A stretch of DNA of 62,237 bases, counting the filler. It is 7 parts of 7 records of this genome, joined end to end, with 100 filler letters (N's around TTAATTAATTAA, not from the genome) between each part and the next. Parts side by side here need not be neighbours in the genome. Positions count along the whole stretch, not along the records: positions 15,736 to 21,037 come from SRR31147125_27034; positions 21,138 to 29,960 come from SRR31147125_27036; 5 more parts are not named here. One strand, written 5' to 3'. A program made the position numbers and the translations under genes. The notes below the pieces were generated by a model. The model was not told the DNA's origin and did not search any database. It saw nothing but the letters and a program-made list of their open reading frames with translations. Of the stretch, positions 18,714 to 28,721 are shown one piece after another (position 1 is the stretch's first letter; every line of letters starts with the position of its first letter).

Positions 18714-20333
18714 ATGAATCGAAGAAAATTTTTACAGCAGACCATTTCTATGACAGGAGCCATGTCTGTAGCAGATGTCACCCGTGTTACATCACGGGCA
18801 TTGGCACAGGAAACAAAACCAAAGGGATCTGGTAAAAACCGGCCAAATATTTTATTTATCATGACAGATCAGCAAAGATATGATTGTGTTGGCGCGAATG
18901 GTAATCCGATTATTAAAACACCCAATCTTGATACTCTGGCCCAAAAATCAGCTAATTTCAGTAATGCTTTTATTCAATCACCGGTTTGTACACCTTCACG
19001 TGCCTGTTTTTTTACCGGCCGATATGCACACGCGCATCGGAATCGGGTTAATTATACCGAGCTGGATGAAAAAGAGATATTGCTACCGAAATATTTGCAA
19101 GATATCGGTTATCAAACAACCCTTGTCGGAAAAACACATCTCTACTACAAATATCCACCCACGCCGGAAGAAGCAAAGCGTACCGGATACACATTTGTTG
19201 AACTGCACGACGGCGCGCATAGCACGGATCCTTTTTCTGATTATGTGAAATGGCGAGAGAAAAATGATCCGGATAAAGAAATCTATTACCGGGAATTAGC
19301 GCAGAATGTTCCTGAAAAAAAAGCGAAAATGTCATCAAAGGATAATCCCAATCGTGCGGCAATTAACAAAGATTATACGGATACCGCTTGGGTTGGCTTG
19401 AAAACGCGGGAATATCTGGAGAAATTTTCCCAAGCCAGTGAGCCGTTCTTTCTCTTCTCCTCTTTCTGGAAACCCCATTCTCCATATGAGGTGCCGGTTC
19501 CCTATGATTCCATGTATAATGATGTGGAGATTCCTTTGCCGGAAAAAAATAAGCGAGAAAGCATTACTAGTTTGCCTGAGCCGGTTAAAAAACTAATATT
19601 GCGCAATGAATATCGAGGCAGAAAAGCAAACATTAATTTGCCTGACGAACAGCTACAATGGCTTTATAGAAGCTATTATGGAACGGTCAGCCATATCGAT
19701 GACGAGGTTGGACAGATTCTGCAAACACTGGAAGAAACCGGTCTTGCGGAAAATACAGTTGTTATTTTTACATCCGATCATGGCGATCAACTTCTTGAAC
19801 ATGGTGTGCACGGGAAAAATGTCTTTTTTGAGAGTTCTGTACACGTTCCTTTCATGATTTCGTTTCCAAAACACATACATCCCGGTGAGTATGATGAACT
19901 TGTCATGTCCATAGATGTCTTGCCGACTCTTTTTGAGATATTGGGATTGGAAAAACCGTATCATTGTCATGGTTTTAGCCTGATGCCCTTAATTGACGGG
20001 AAGAATCGTCCCTATGAAGCACGGGAGTTTGTCTTTAGTGAAAACGTCATGCCGGAAGTATTTGCCAATGTATTTAATTATGAAAAAGGACAGGGTGTTA
20101 TGGGTGTAAAACATCCTGATGGGAAAATGGTGCGGACGAAACGATGGAAATATAATTATTATGGTACTGGCGAGAGTGAATTATACGATTTGAAAAAGGA
20201 TCCAAATGAAAATTTCAATCTAGCCAAAGACCTACAGTATAAAAGTGTTGTGGATGAAATGAAAGGTCATATACTTGACTGGCTTCTTACAGCAACGGAA
20301 ACAGAACAGATCGCGCCAAGGTGGTTGATTTAA
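18714..20333 (+). CDS. Formylglycine-dependent sulfatase with Tat signal
   Basis: MNRRKFL twin-arginine leader; RPNILFIMTDQQR; CTPSR signature; GKTHL; FTSDHGD. Confidence 0.92.
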   Translation: MNRRKFLQQTISMTGAMSVADVTRVTSRALAQETKPKGSGKNRPNILFIMTDQQRYDCVGANGNPIIKTPNLDTLAQKSANFSNAFIQSPVCTPSRACFFTGRYAHAHRNRVNYTELDEKEILLPKYLQDIGYQTTLVGKTHLYYKYPPTPEEAKRTGYTFVELHDGAHSTDPFSDYVKWREKNDPDKEIYYRELAQNVPEKKAKMSSKDNPNRAAINKDYTDTAWVGLKTREYLEKFSQASEPFFLFSSFWKPHSPYEVPVPYDSMYNDVEIPLPEKNKRESITSLPEPVKKLILRNEYRGRKANINLPDEQLQWLYRSYYGTVSHIDDEVGQILQTLEETGLAENTVVIFTSDHGDQLLEHGVHGKNVFFESSVHVPFMISFPKHIHPGEYDELVMSIDVLPTLFEILGLEKPYHCHGFSLMPLIDGKNRPYEAREFVFSENVMPEVFANVFNYEKGQGVMGVKHPDGKMVRTKRWKYNYYGTGESELYDLKKDPNENFNLAKDLQYKSVVDEMKGHILDWLLTATETEQIAPRWLI

Positions 20334-20516
20334 TTTTATTTAAGCTAGTACAAGCCTCAGCCAGTGGGGAAAATTAAAAAATGTAATGCTCTCTAAATTT
20401 TTTCATTGATACTCAATACTGTTAAGAAGGAATGGCAGAATCCTAAAATGTCTGTAATTTTATCATTTTAACAGTATTTTTGGATGATTGAATAATTTTA
20501 TTTTACGCATAATGGA

Positions 20517-21037
20517 ATGGATGACAATTGTATGACATTTGTAATGGATAGCAAGAGAATTAAAACAATTGGAAAAGGAAAACCAGTTCTAGTGGTTCCT
20601 GGCATGGGTGGGCCTGATATACTTTATACATTTGTTGAACGACTCTCCCACGACGCACAGGTAATTGTGCCGACTTTACCGGGTTTTCTACCGGAGGATG
20701 GAATTATTGAATATTCGGATGAACTGTATGTTACATTTTTAGAAAGATTACGGGAAAAACTAAAAATTGATAAATGGGATATCATTGGTCACTCAATGGG
20801 AGGCCGAACAGTGGTTAATTATTCCATAACACATCCTGAAAGTGTGTCAAAAGCAGTCATTATTGACTCGGCAGGATATAATAATTTTTCTCCATTGTTT
20901 ACAATCCCCGTATTAAAAAATATAGCACCAAAAATTCTCAATCAAATGTTTTCTAAACCAGAAAAGTTGAAGAATTTTGCTTTGATGGATTTTGTGCATA
21001 AAAATAGTGCTGAAGCCAATAAGGTTGTCACTTTTTT
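20517..21037 (+). CDS. Alpha/beta hydrolase, 3'-truncated
   Basis: GKGKPVLVVPG; GHSMGG nucleophile elbow. Confidence 0.85.
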
Positions 21038-21137
21038 NNNNNNNNNNNNNNNNNNNNNNNNNNNNNNNNNNNNNNNNNNNNTTAATTAATTAANNNNNNN
21101 NNNNNNNNNNNNNNNNNNNNNNNNNNNNNNNNNNNNN
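21038..21137. other. Artificial contig spacer
   Basis: N44-TTAATTAATTAA-N44. Confidence 0.99.
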
Positions 21138-21278
21138 TGTCAGGTGGCCTGACATGGCCGTTTTATACAAGTGATTTCGTGCGTGGGGTGCATTTAAAAA
21201 TACCGGACACGGAAAAATCGTAACCCAAGTCTCCTTCATCAAATGCTTGTTTTTCAATAAAAATTGAGATGCGAATGA

Positions 21279-22079
21279 CTATAACAAGAATGAGGTTACT
21301 ATATAATCGGCCACTAAAATCAAGACGGATGAGACCACCACGGCAGAGGTGGTGGAGAGCCCTACGGCTTTGGCACCGAAGCTGTCGTTTCGAAGATGGG
21401 TGAAGTAGCCGTTGAAACAGCAGGCCGTAGAGATGATAACGGCAAATACAATGGCTTTGATGGTGCCGCCGTTGATGTCGTTCAAAGCGATGCTGTGCTC
21501 AATCCGGTAAAAATAGGCCCCGGAATCCAATCCCAGAAGGACGACTCCGGTGAGGTAACCGCCTAAAAAGCCCACCAGATCGAACAGGGCCGTTAGAATA
21601 GGAAACGTAATGACGGACGCCGCAATTCTGGGGCTGACCAGGTATCGAACGGGATCCACTCCCATGGTAAAGAGGGCATCGATCTGTTCCGTAATCCGTT
21701 GAATCCCGATTTCCGTGGTCATGGCGGATCCTGCCCGGGCCGTCACCATGATGGCGGTGAGTACAGGTCCCAGCTCACGTACCAGCGTCAACCCGAGAGC
21801 TGATCCTAAAACGCCCTGGGAGCCGAATTGTATCAGGGTGTAATAGAGCTGAAGCCCCAGGACCATTCCGGTGAAAAGGCCCACCAGCATGACGATTAAT
21901 GTGGACCGAACGCCAATGAAATAAACATGACGCAGGATATTGCCAAGTTGCTTTTTTCTAAAAATGCCCATGATCGATACAATCAAGAAAATCAGAACTT
22001 TTCCCATAAGTCGGATTTGATGGAGGGTCTTTTCTCCCACGGCATTAATAGGGACTAGGATCGATTCAGGTACTGACAT
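21279..22079 (-). CDS. mlaE: MlaE-family lipid asymmetry ABC permease
   Basis: RELGPVLTAIMVTARAGSAM, EQIDAL..MGVDP..YLVSPR, GAKAVG.STTSAVV. Confidence 0.92.
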   Translation of the reverse strand: MSVPESILVPINAVGEKTLHQIRLMGKVLIFLIVSIMGIFRKKQLGNILRHVYFIGVRSTLIVMLVGLFTGMVLGLQLYYTLIQFGSQGVLGSALGLTLVRELGPVLTAIMVTARAGSAMTTEIGIQRITEQIDALFTMGVDPVRYLVSPRIAASVITFPILTALFDLVGFLGGYLTGVVLLGLDSGAYFYRIEHSIALNDINGGTIKAIVFAVIISTACCFNGYFTHLRNDSFGAKAVGLSTTSAVVVSSVLILVADYIVTSFLL

Positions 22080-22441
22080 AAAAACCTATATTTCCTTTTT
22101 CGGGTATCCATCATTTTTACTTCCTCATTTTCCACTTCTATATTTTAGTGTCATATCTCCATTTTAAAGACGTCTTCTCCCAAAATGCCCATCATTAGTG
22201 AGGTGAAATATGCCCAATTGTTTTTCAAAAAAGTCTTAAAAATTGTATTTATCATCAAATTCAGGATAAAAAAAGCTTGATTTTTCTTTGTCGGGGGAGA
22301 ACGATGGTTTTCTTCTCTTTTCTTGACATCGGAAATTGATTTCTTTATTCCTTGTTATGATTCACCATTTTTCATCACTGCACACTGTCGACGCACGGTC
22401 TCATAACCGTTTCGAATCAAATATTTATCGGATATATATTC

Positions 22442-24082
22442 ATGAAACGACTTAAACTGAAAAAGAGATTTCATTCGTTGCTTAAAGGGATCCCTGCCAC
22501 AAATGAGGTGAGGCCTCTTGAGCGGCCAGAAACCCTTGCGGTTCTTCCGTCTCGAATTCCCCATATCAAACCGAAACTTCTGGTGCGTAAGAACGATATC
22601 GTATCCATTGGAACGCCGTTGTTTCAGGATAAACGTTATCCGGATCTTAGATATTTGTCTCCTGCAGCCGGAGAGGTGGTGGAGATCCGTTTCGGCGCGC
22701 GCCGGGCCATTGATGAGGTGGTCATTCAACGGCAGGAAAAAGAGATGATGGATCCGGGGCTGTCATCAGTGCTCTCTCAGGTGAAGACGGTGGTCGAAGA
22801 AAACAATGGGGAAGAGACGACTCAAGAGAAAGGGGGGCGGGATGCTGCGGAGATTCAAGCGCTGTTGATCAACGCGGGCATGTGGCAGATGATCCGACAA
22901 TTCCCGTTCATGGATCATCCGACGCCCCAGCACTCTTTAACAACGTCCACGCCGGTGTCGGTTTCAAATTCCCCCTCATCCCCGATTTCGGATTCCTCAC
23001 ATCCGGATACATCCCGGTTTTCAAAATATCCGATCCTGGTGATTTCCCTGCAGCCGGGAGATATGTTTTCCCCGTCGGCAGCGACGATTCTCGACGGTCG
23101 GGAAGAAGATTTTTTATGGGGGCTTGCCATTGCGGAAAAACTGGCCTCTTCAGTGGTTGTAGCAGCTCCGAAGCATCAGCTGCCCTATTTGAAATCCATG
23201 GAGGGCTTGTACGCAAAAATCACCCATATCACGGAAGACGCCTACCCTGCCGGTGATCCGGGGGTAATTCTCTACCAGATCAAAACCAATGTTTCAGAGA
23301 ACGGAAGTGTTGCCATTCATCCCCAGGATCTGTTGGCCATCGGCGCATTGTTTGGCCGGGGTCAGTATGATCTGCAACGGATTTTGACCGTTGCCGGAAG
23401 CGGCGTGGATGCTCCTTCCCATGTTCGGGTCCCAATCGGTAGCCCTGTTTCTTTGTTGACAACGTCTTGCCGGCACCCCCATCCCCAAGCCGAAAGAAAC
23501 AGCCGCATGCCCGATTATACAAACTTTGCCGGTCAGGAAAATAGAAATGAAAGTAAAGATGACGATGTAGATGGAGATGGCGGTGGAAAAGATACTGTTG
23601 TCGGCGGTGTGTTTACCGGGCGTCATGTCCTTTCTTCTTTTCCGGAACGTCATATGGCGCCGGATGAGTACAGTGCGGTGGTGCTGGAAAGCGGAAATAC
23701 AGAGCTCTTTTTCGGGTTTATGCTACCGGGAACAGATGCGGTCAGTGAGTCCCCCACATTTACTTCGACACTCAGCCGTGTCCCCCGTCATGCCGACATG
23801 AATCTCCATGGGGAAGAGCGGGCCTGCGTTAATTGCGGATTATGCGATAAAAAATGTCCGGTGGATTTATTGCCCCAATTTATCATGAAAGCGGTCCGTG
23901 CCGGTGGGATGGAAGAGGGAATCGAGCTTGGAATGTTGGATTGCACGTTGTGCGGACTTTGCAGCTATGTTTGCCCGTCAAAAATCGATCTGGTACCGCT
24001 TTTTTCCATGGCAAAGGATATATATTACCAAAATCGAGTGGAGATAACAGAGCATCATGAAAGTATTGAAACGTCTGTTTGA
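22442..24082 (+). CDS. nqrA: Na+-translocating NADH:quinone reductase subunit A with C-terminal 2[4Fe-4S] domain
   Basis: KPKLLV...GTPLFQDK...SPAAGEV.EI..GARR N-terminus, YPAG motif, first gene of nqrA-E; CVNCGLCDKKCP and CTLCGLCSYVCP motifs. Confidence 0.8.
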   Translation: MKRLKLKKRFHSLLKGIPATNEVRPLERPETLAVLPSRIPHIKPKLLVRKNDIVSIGTPLFQDKRYPDLRYLSPAAGEVVEIRFGARRAIDEVVIQRQEKEMMDPGLSSVLSQVKTVVEENNGEETTQEKGGRDAAEIQALLINAGMWQMIRQFPFMDHPTPQHSLTTSTPVSVSNSPSSPISDSSHPDTSRFSKYPILVISLQPGDMFSPSAATILDGREEDFLWGLAIAEKLASSVVVAAPKHQLPYLKSMEGLYAKITHITEDAYPAGDPGVILYQIKTNVSENGSVAIHPQDLLAIGALFGRGQYDLQRILTVAGSGVDAPSHVRVPIGSPVSLLTTSCRHPHPQAERNSRMPDYTNFAGQENRNESKDDDVDGDGGGKDTVVGGVFTGRHVLSSFPERHMAPDEYSAVVLESGNTELFFGFMLPGTDAVSESPTFTSTLSRVPRHADMNLHGEERACVNCGLCDKKCPVDLLPQFIMKAVRAGGMEEGIELGMLDCTLCGLCSYVCPSKIDLVPLFSMAKDIYYQNRVEITEHHESIETSV

Positions 24083-25222
24083 AAAGACGGATCCCTATTT
24101 TAAGCCCGACGGCCCGTACGCCAGATTTTTCGGGATCTACGGTGCGACCCGGACCTTCTTTTTCCTGCCGTCACCGGTCAATCAATGTGCCCCGCACCTT
24201 CGGGATCATCTGGATTTGAAACGATTCATGAGTTTTGTCATTCTGGCTCTGATGCCGGTGACGCTCTTCGGCATCTACAATGTCGGATATCATTACTATG
24301 GTGCCGGAGCCATGGGCGCCGGATTGGTGGATATTTTTACGGCAGGCCTCATTCAGGTGCTTCCCATCATTTTAGTCTCCTACGGGGTGGGATTTTTCTG
24401 GGAGATTTTGTTTGCCGTCCTTCGAGGCCATGAAGTGACCGAAGGATTGCTGGTGACCGGCCTTTTGTTTCCATTGACACTCCCCCCGACCATCCCCCTT
24501 TGGCAGGTGGCGGTGGGCATGAGTTTCGGTATTGTCATCGGTAAGGAAGTATTTGGCGGAACCGGAAGAAATCTGTTGAATCCGGCCCTGACCGCCCGGG
24601 CTTTTCTCTTTTTTTCCTATCCCGCGACCATGTCCGGGGATGCGGTTTGGCGGGTGATATCTCCGGATCTGCCGATTGCGGATGCCGTCAGTGGGGCGAC
24701 GGCCCTTTCTCTGGGCGGAGAAGGGGGATTCAAACCACTCTGCAACAGGCAGGATATCCATTGAAAACGCTTTTTTTCGGCCTTCATCCGGGAAGTATCG
24801 GAGAAACTTCTACCTTACTCTGTTTTCTCGGCGCCGCATTTCTAATGATTGTCCGAGTCGCCAACTACCGGATCATTTTGGGAGGAATTTTAGGGGTGGT
24901 GGGCACATCCCTCATTTTCCAATTGCTGCCGGGACCGGAATCGACATGGTTTTCCGCAGGGCCGCTTTATCATCTCTGCTCCGGTGGCTTTGCCCTGGGC
25001 ATCTCATATATGGCCACAGATCCGGTCTCCGCTCCAGGCACCGACTTCGGACGGTGGATTTACGGATGTCTCATCGGGTTTTTCACGGTACTGCTTCGGG
25101 CCGTCAATCCCGCCTATGTGGAGGGGGTGATGCTGGCCATTTTGTTCATGAATATCTTTTCTCCATTGATCGATCACATCACGGTGAAACTGGCCGTGGC
25201 AAAGAGGATTCCCAATGGCTGA
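24057..25222 (+). CDS. nqrB: NqrB (frameshifted at the G5 run near 24725; ORFs 24057-24764 and 24647-25222)
   Basis: HLRD.LDLKRFM, KEVFGGTGRN.LNPAL, FMN site SGAT, PGSIGETS, MATDPVS and EGVMLAILFMN. Confidence 0.9.
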
Positions 25223-26039
25223 CATGAAAGAACGATTCTATGCATTGAAGTTTGCAGCCATACTCTGTGTGGTTTGCTGTACGCTCATCACCGGTGCATC
25301 CGTGGGATTGCAGGGATTGCAGCGGGAGAATATGGAAGTGGATCGGCAGAAGAACATCTTGAAGGCCGCAGGTATTCTGGGGCCGGATGAGAATGTATCC
25401 TATCAAAAAATAAAAGCGCTTTTTCATGAAAAAATAGAAGAGGTTGCCGTTAATGATGAGGGGGAGGTTCTCATTCATATCGCTTCAGACGCATCGGATT
25501 CGGCAGATTCGACCATCAATTCCTCCGGTCACATGCTTCCCCTCTATCTTTATAAAGATGAGGCTCAAAATACGGATAATCATGGTAAAGACGGTATTCA
25601 AACCGACGAGAAAACCCAAATCGGCGGTATCGGTAAGCGGGCGATCAAAGCATACGTGATTCCCATTGAATCCCGAGGACTCTGGGGAAAAATCAGAGGG
25701 TATCTGGCCTTTGAAAACGACGGCATGACCGTTGCCGGATTTACGGTCTACAGCCATTCCGAAACACCGGGACTTGGCGGAGAAATCGAAAAAGCGTGGT
25801 TTGGAAAGAACTTTATCGGTAAAAAGGTCGTCAATGCTGCCGGAGAGTTTGTTTCCGTCTCCATTGCCAAAGGCGCTGCGGAGAATTTATCCGAAGACAG
25901 ACAGGCAAGCTATGTCGACGGAATCAGCGGTGCTACACTCACCGGCAAATATCTCTCAGAGGGACTTCGGGAAAATCTGGAACGGTACGAGAACGTCTCC
26001 GTTAAATTCAGACAAACTCAAAGCAAAGAGCCGATGTAA
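25215..26039 (+). CDS. nqrC: NqrC
   Basis: N-terminal TM helix, GLWG.I.GY.A, ETPGLGGEI, FMN site DGISGATLT. Confidence 0.92.
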   Translation: MADMKERFYALKFAAILCVVCCTLITGASVGLQGLQRENMEVDRQKNILKAAGILGPDENVSYQKIKALFHEKIEEVAVNDEGEVLIHIASDASDSADSTINSSGHMLPLYLYKDEAQNTDNHGKDGIQTDEKTQIGGIGKRAIKAYVIPIESRGLWGKIRGYLAFENDGMTVAGFTVYSHSETPGLGGEIEKAWFGKNFIGKKVVNAAGEFVSVSIAKGAAENLSEDRQASYVDGISGATLTGKYLSEGLRENLERYENVSVKFRQTQSKEPM

Positions 26040-26115
26040 TGAGGCTAAGGGTGAGGATTGGTAGAGTCATATGGATATGTGGAGCCGTTTTTTTAATGTG
26101 TGAAGGGAGACAGGA

Positions 26116-26274
26116 ATGGAAAATCGCACGTTAGTATATTCTTTGGAAGAATTTTATCTCGGCAAACTCCTGGTGCCTCCCGAGATTATGACCCGGGGGA
26201 GGCCTTGGAAGCGCTGGAAGAAAATAGCAAAGACGCCTATATCCATGATGTATGATGAGAAAAAGAAGGAATAG
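26116..26274 (+). CDS. Possible small protein (52 aa as read) between nqrC and nqrD
   Basis: MENRTLVYSLEEFYLGKLLVPPEIMTRG... preceded by purine-rich GGGAGACAGGA; below the ORF-track cutoff. Confidence 0.35.
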   Translation: MENRTLVYSLEEFYLGKLLVPPEIMTRGRPWKRWKKIAKTPISMMYDEKKKE

Positions 26275-26280
26275 ATATAA

Positions 26281-26922
26281 ATGAGTGCTGACAGCCTATC
26301 TTTGTGGCAGACATTTTTAAAGGGCATATGGAAAGAAAATCCCGTGGCGTATCAGGTGCTGGGCATCTGTTCCGCTCTGGCGGTGACCGTTCAGATGCAG
26401 ACCGCCCTTGTCATGGCCGTGGCCCTGACTTTGGTGACGGGATGCTCCAATTTGATCATCTCCATCTTGAGGGAAAAAATACCGCCCACCATTCGAATCA
26501 TCGTGGAGCTTGTGGTGATCGCATCGCTGGTGATTGTGACGGATCAGATTTTGAAGGCATTTTTCTACGACATCAGCAAGCAGCTGTCGGTATTTGTGGG
26601 ACTGATCATCACAAACTGCATCGTTCTTGGCCGGGCCGAGGCCTTTGCCCTTGCCAATCCGCCGCTCCCTTCCCTCATGGATGGGGTGGGAAATGGGGCC
26701 GGCTACGGGGTGATTTTGATTCTTGTGGCATTTGTCCGGGAACTGTTGGGTTCCGGAAAGCTGTTTGGCCTGTCCGTTGTGCCTCAGTGGATGTTCGATG
26801 CCGGGTACGGCAATATGGGACTGATGGTGTTGGCGCCGGGAGCCTTCTTTGTCATCGGGCTGCTGGTGTGGCTCAAAAACAGCTTGCCGGGTGTGTCATC
26901 AGAAGAGAAAACCGGTCAATAA
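26281..26922 (+). CDS. nqrD: NqrD
   Basis: [39 protein letters not shown]. Confidence 0.95.
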   Translation: MSADSLSLWQTFLKGIWKENPVAYQVLGICSALAVTVQMQTALVMAVALTLVTGCSNLIISILREKIPPTIRIIVELVVIASLVIVTDQILKAFFYDISKQLSVFVGLIITNCIVLGRAEAFALANPPLPSLMDGVGNGAGYGVILILVAFVRELLGSGKLFGLSVVPQWMFDAGYGNMGLMVLAPGAFFVIGLLVWLKNSLPGVSSEEKTGQ

Positions 26923-26945
26923 ATTTTATACAGGACGACGACATT

Positions 26946-27554
26946 ATGATGGATCTTTTAACACTTTTTATCAACTCCGTGTTCATCGGAAATATTTTGC
27001 TGGCCTATTTCCTAGGAATGTGTTCTTTCATTGCCGTCTCCAACAATATCGACACTTCGGTGGGATTGGGCTTTGCCGTCATTTTTGTTTTGACTCTGAC
27101 AGCCCCGGCCAATTGGGTCATCTATCATTATCTGCTGGCCCCAGGTGCCCTGAGTTGGGCCGGATTGCCGGATCTTGACTTGAGTTTTCTGAAATACATT
27201 ACCTTCATCGCCGTCATTGCCGCCATGGTTCAGGCGGTTGAGATGATCATCGATAAGTATTCTCCGGTTCTTTATGCGGCCCTTGGTGTATTTTTACCGT
27301 TGATTGCCGTTAACTGCGCGATTTTGGGAACGGCACTTTTCATGGTGGAGCGGGATTACTCCTTCATGGAGTCCATCGTATTTGGTGCCGGTTCCGGCAC
27401 CGGGTGGATGCTTGCCATTGTCTCCATGGCCACCATCAAGAAGAAGATGCGGTATGCCGATGTGCCCGAAGGATTGGATGGGTTCGGTATCACCATGATT
27501 GTGGGGGGGCTGATGGCCATGGCCTTCATGATGTTTTCAGGAATTACACTGTAG
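26946..27554 (+). CDS. nqrE: NqrE
   Basis: [32 protein letters not shown]; real start taken as MMDLL at 26946. Confidence 0.95.
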   Translation: MMDLLTLFINSVFIGNILLAYFLGMCSFIAVSNNIDTSVGLGFAVIFVLTLTAPANWVIYHYLLAPGALSWAGLPDLDLSFLKYITFIAVIAAMVQAVEMIIDKYSPVLYAALGVFLPLIAVNCAILGTALFMVERDYSFMESIVFGAGSGTGWMLAIVSMATIKKKMRYADVPEGLDGFGITMIVGGLMAMAFMMFSGITL

Positions 27555-27556
27555 CA

Positions 27557-28564
27557 TCAATCCACAAACGACGCTTCCGAGGCGATTTTATCCGGAAGAG
27601 CGATTTTATTTTTCCATTTCTCAAGGCCTGATTTGCTGAAAAGAAGGCGTCCTTTTTTGCCGACAACGGGTCGAAAATTATATGGTTTTTTTCCCAGTGT
27701 GAGAATCTCCAGCGCCAGTTTTCCTGCCTCTTCGCCTTGGGCCTTGCCAAACAGAACCAGCCCTCCGACGGTTTTATTTACCCCCACAGTGAAATCCCAA
27801 AAGCCGAACGGTGGCACCGGTGTGTTTTCAGAAGTCCATGAGATGAGCTCTCCGGCAGGGACGTGCGCTCCCTCATTATCCACAATCGTTTGATAAAGCC
27901 CTACGATGACGGCACCGTACCCTTTTTCCTCAGCAGTGAGAATCGCCTCTTTCCATTGGGAGAGCCTCCCGATCTGTTGAAGATCCGTGCGGATACCGGC
28001 AATTTGGATGGTGTGTTTGCCTTTAAACACCTGCTCCACCGATGATTGGGAGGTGGTGCCGTCGTCAAACAGAATCAAGATTTTTTTCAATTCTGTTTTG
28101 AGGATATCTTTGATATATACGACGGATCGCTTCATGAGCGGACGTTCCAAAATACCGGTGATGTTCTCCGGTCCGAACATGTCATAGTTTCTGGGATTTT
28201 GATTGATGCCGAGATAAATCACCGGCGTCTCTTTTCCGGCAAGTTTGGGGCCCACGTATTTGAGGGCGTTGTCATCTCCAAGGATGACCAACTGAGGATT
28301 CAGATTTTTGTATGTGTCAAAAGCCGCCCGGGCCTGACTTTCAAATTGGTCTTTGGGAATCCGTTTGGTATCCATTTCAAAGAAAAAGAGGTCAAACTTT
28401 TCCCCCAGGACATTTTGTAATCCCTCTCTGTAGCTTTCATCCCAGGGATATTTCCGGTTATAACTCTCAATGACCAGAATTTTTCCTTCCTGCGCCAACA
28501 CCGGTAGTGTATAGGAAAAGAAAACACCGAAAAATAATATCGCGGGCCATACACGTTTCAACAT
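27557..28564 (-). CDS. Periplasmic ABC-type substrate-binding protein (orphan)
   Basis: Signal peptide; KILVIESY...W, LGDDNA, PVIYLGIN, ITGILER, PPFGFWDF and GG..L.G..QG motifs. Confidence 0.75.
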   Translation of the reverse strand: MLKRVWPAILFFGVFFSYTLPVLAQEGKILVIESYNRKYPWDESYREGLQNVLGEKFDLFFFEMDTKRIPKDQFESQARAAFDTYKNLNPQLVILGDDNALKYVGPKLAGKETPVIYLGINQNPRNYDMFGPENITGILERPLMKRSVVYIKDILKTELKKILILFDDGTTSQSSVEQVFKGKHTIQIAGIRTDLQQIGRLSQWKEAILTAEEKGYGAVIVGLYQTIVDNEGAHVPAGELISWTSENTPVPPFGFWDFTVGVNKTVGGLVLFGKAQGEEAGKLALEILTLGKKPYNFRPVVGKKGRLLFSKSGLEKWKNKIALPDKIASEASFVD

Positions 28565-28721
28565 AATAATGTCCTTTCAATGGGGTAATGGGATTGTTTT
28601 TTTTGTAAAACACCTCTCTTTTTGGAAATAATGATGACATTGAATTTCATATACTTTTTTTTCGGAAGATCAACTGAAGGTTGAGGCGAACCGGGACTTA
28701 TTCTGAAGTAATGGAGGACAC

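Noticed and set aside
26304-26945. Long N-terminal extension of the nqrE ORF overlapping nqrD (416-aa ORF)
   Set aside because: Open alternative frame in GC-rich DNA; NqrE similarity starts only at 26946.
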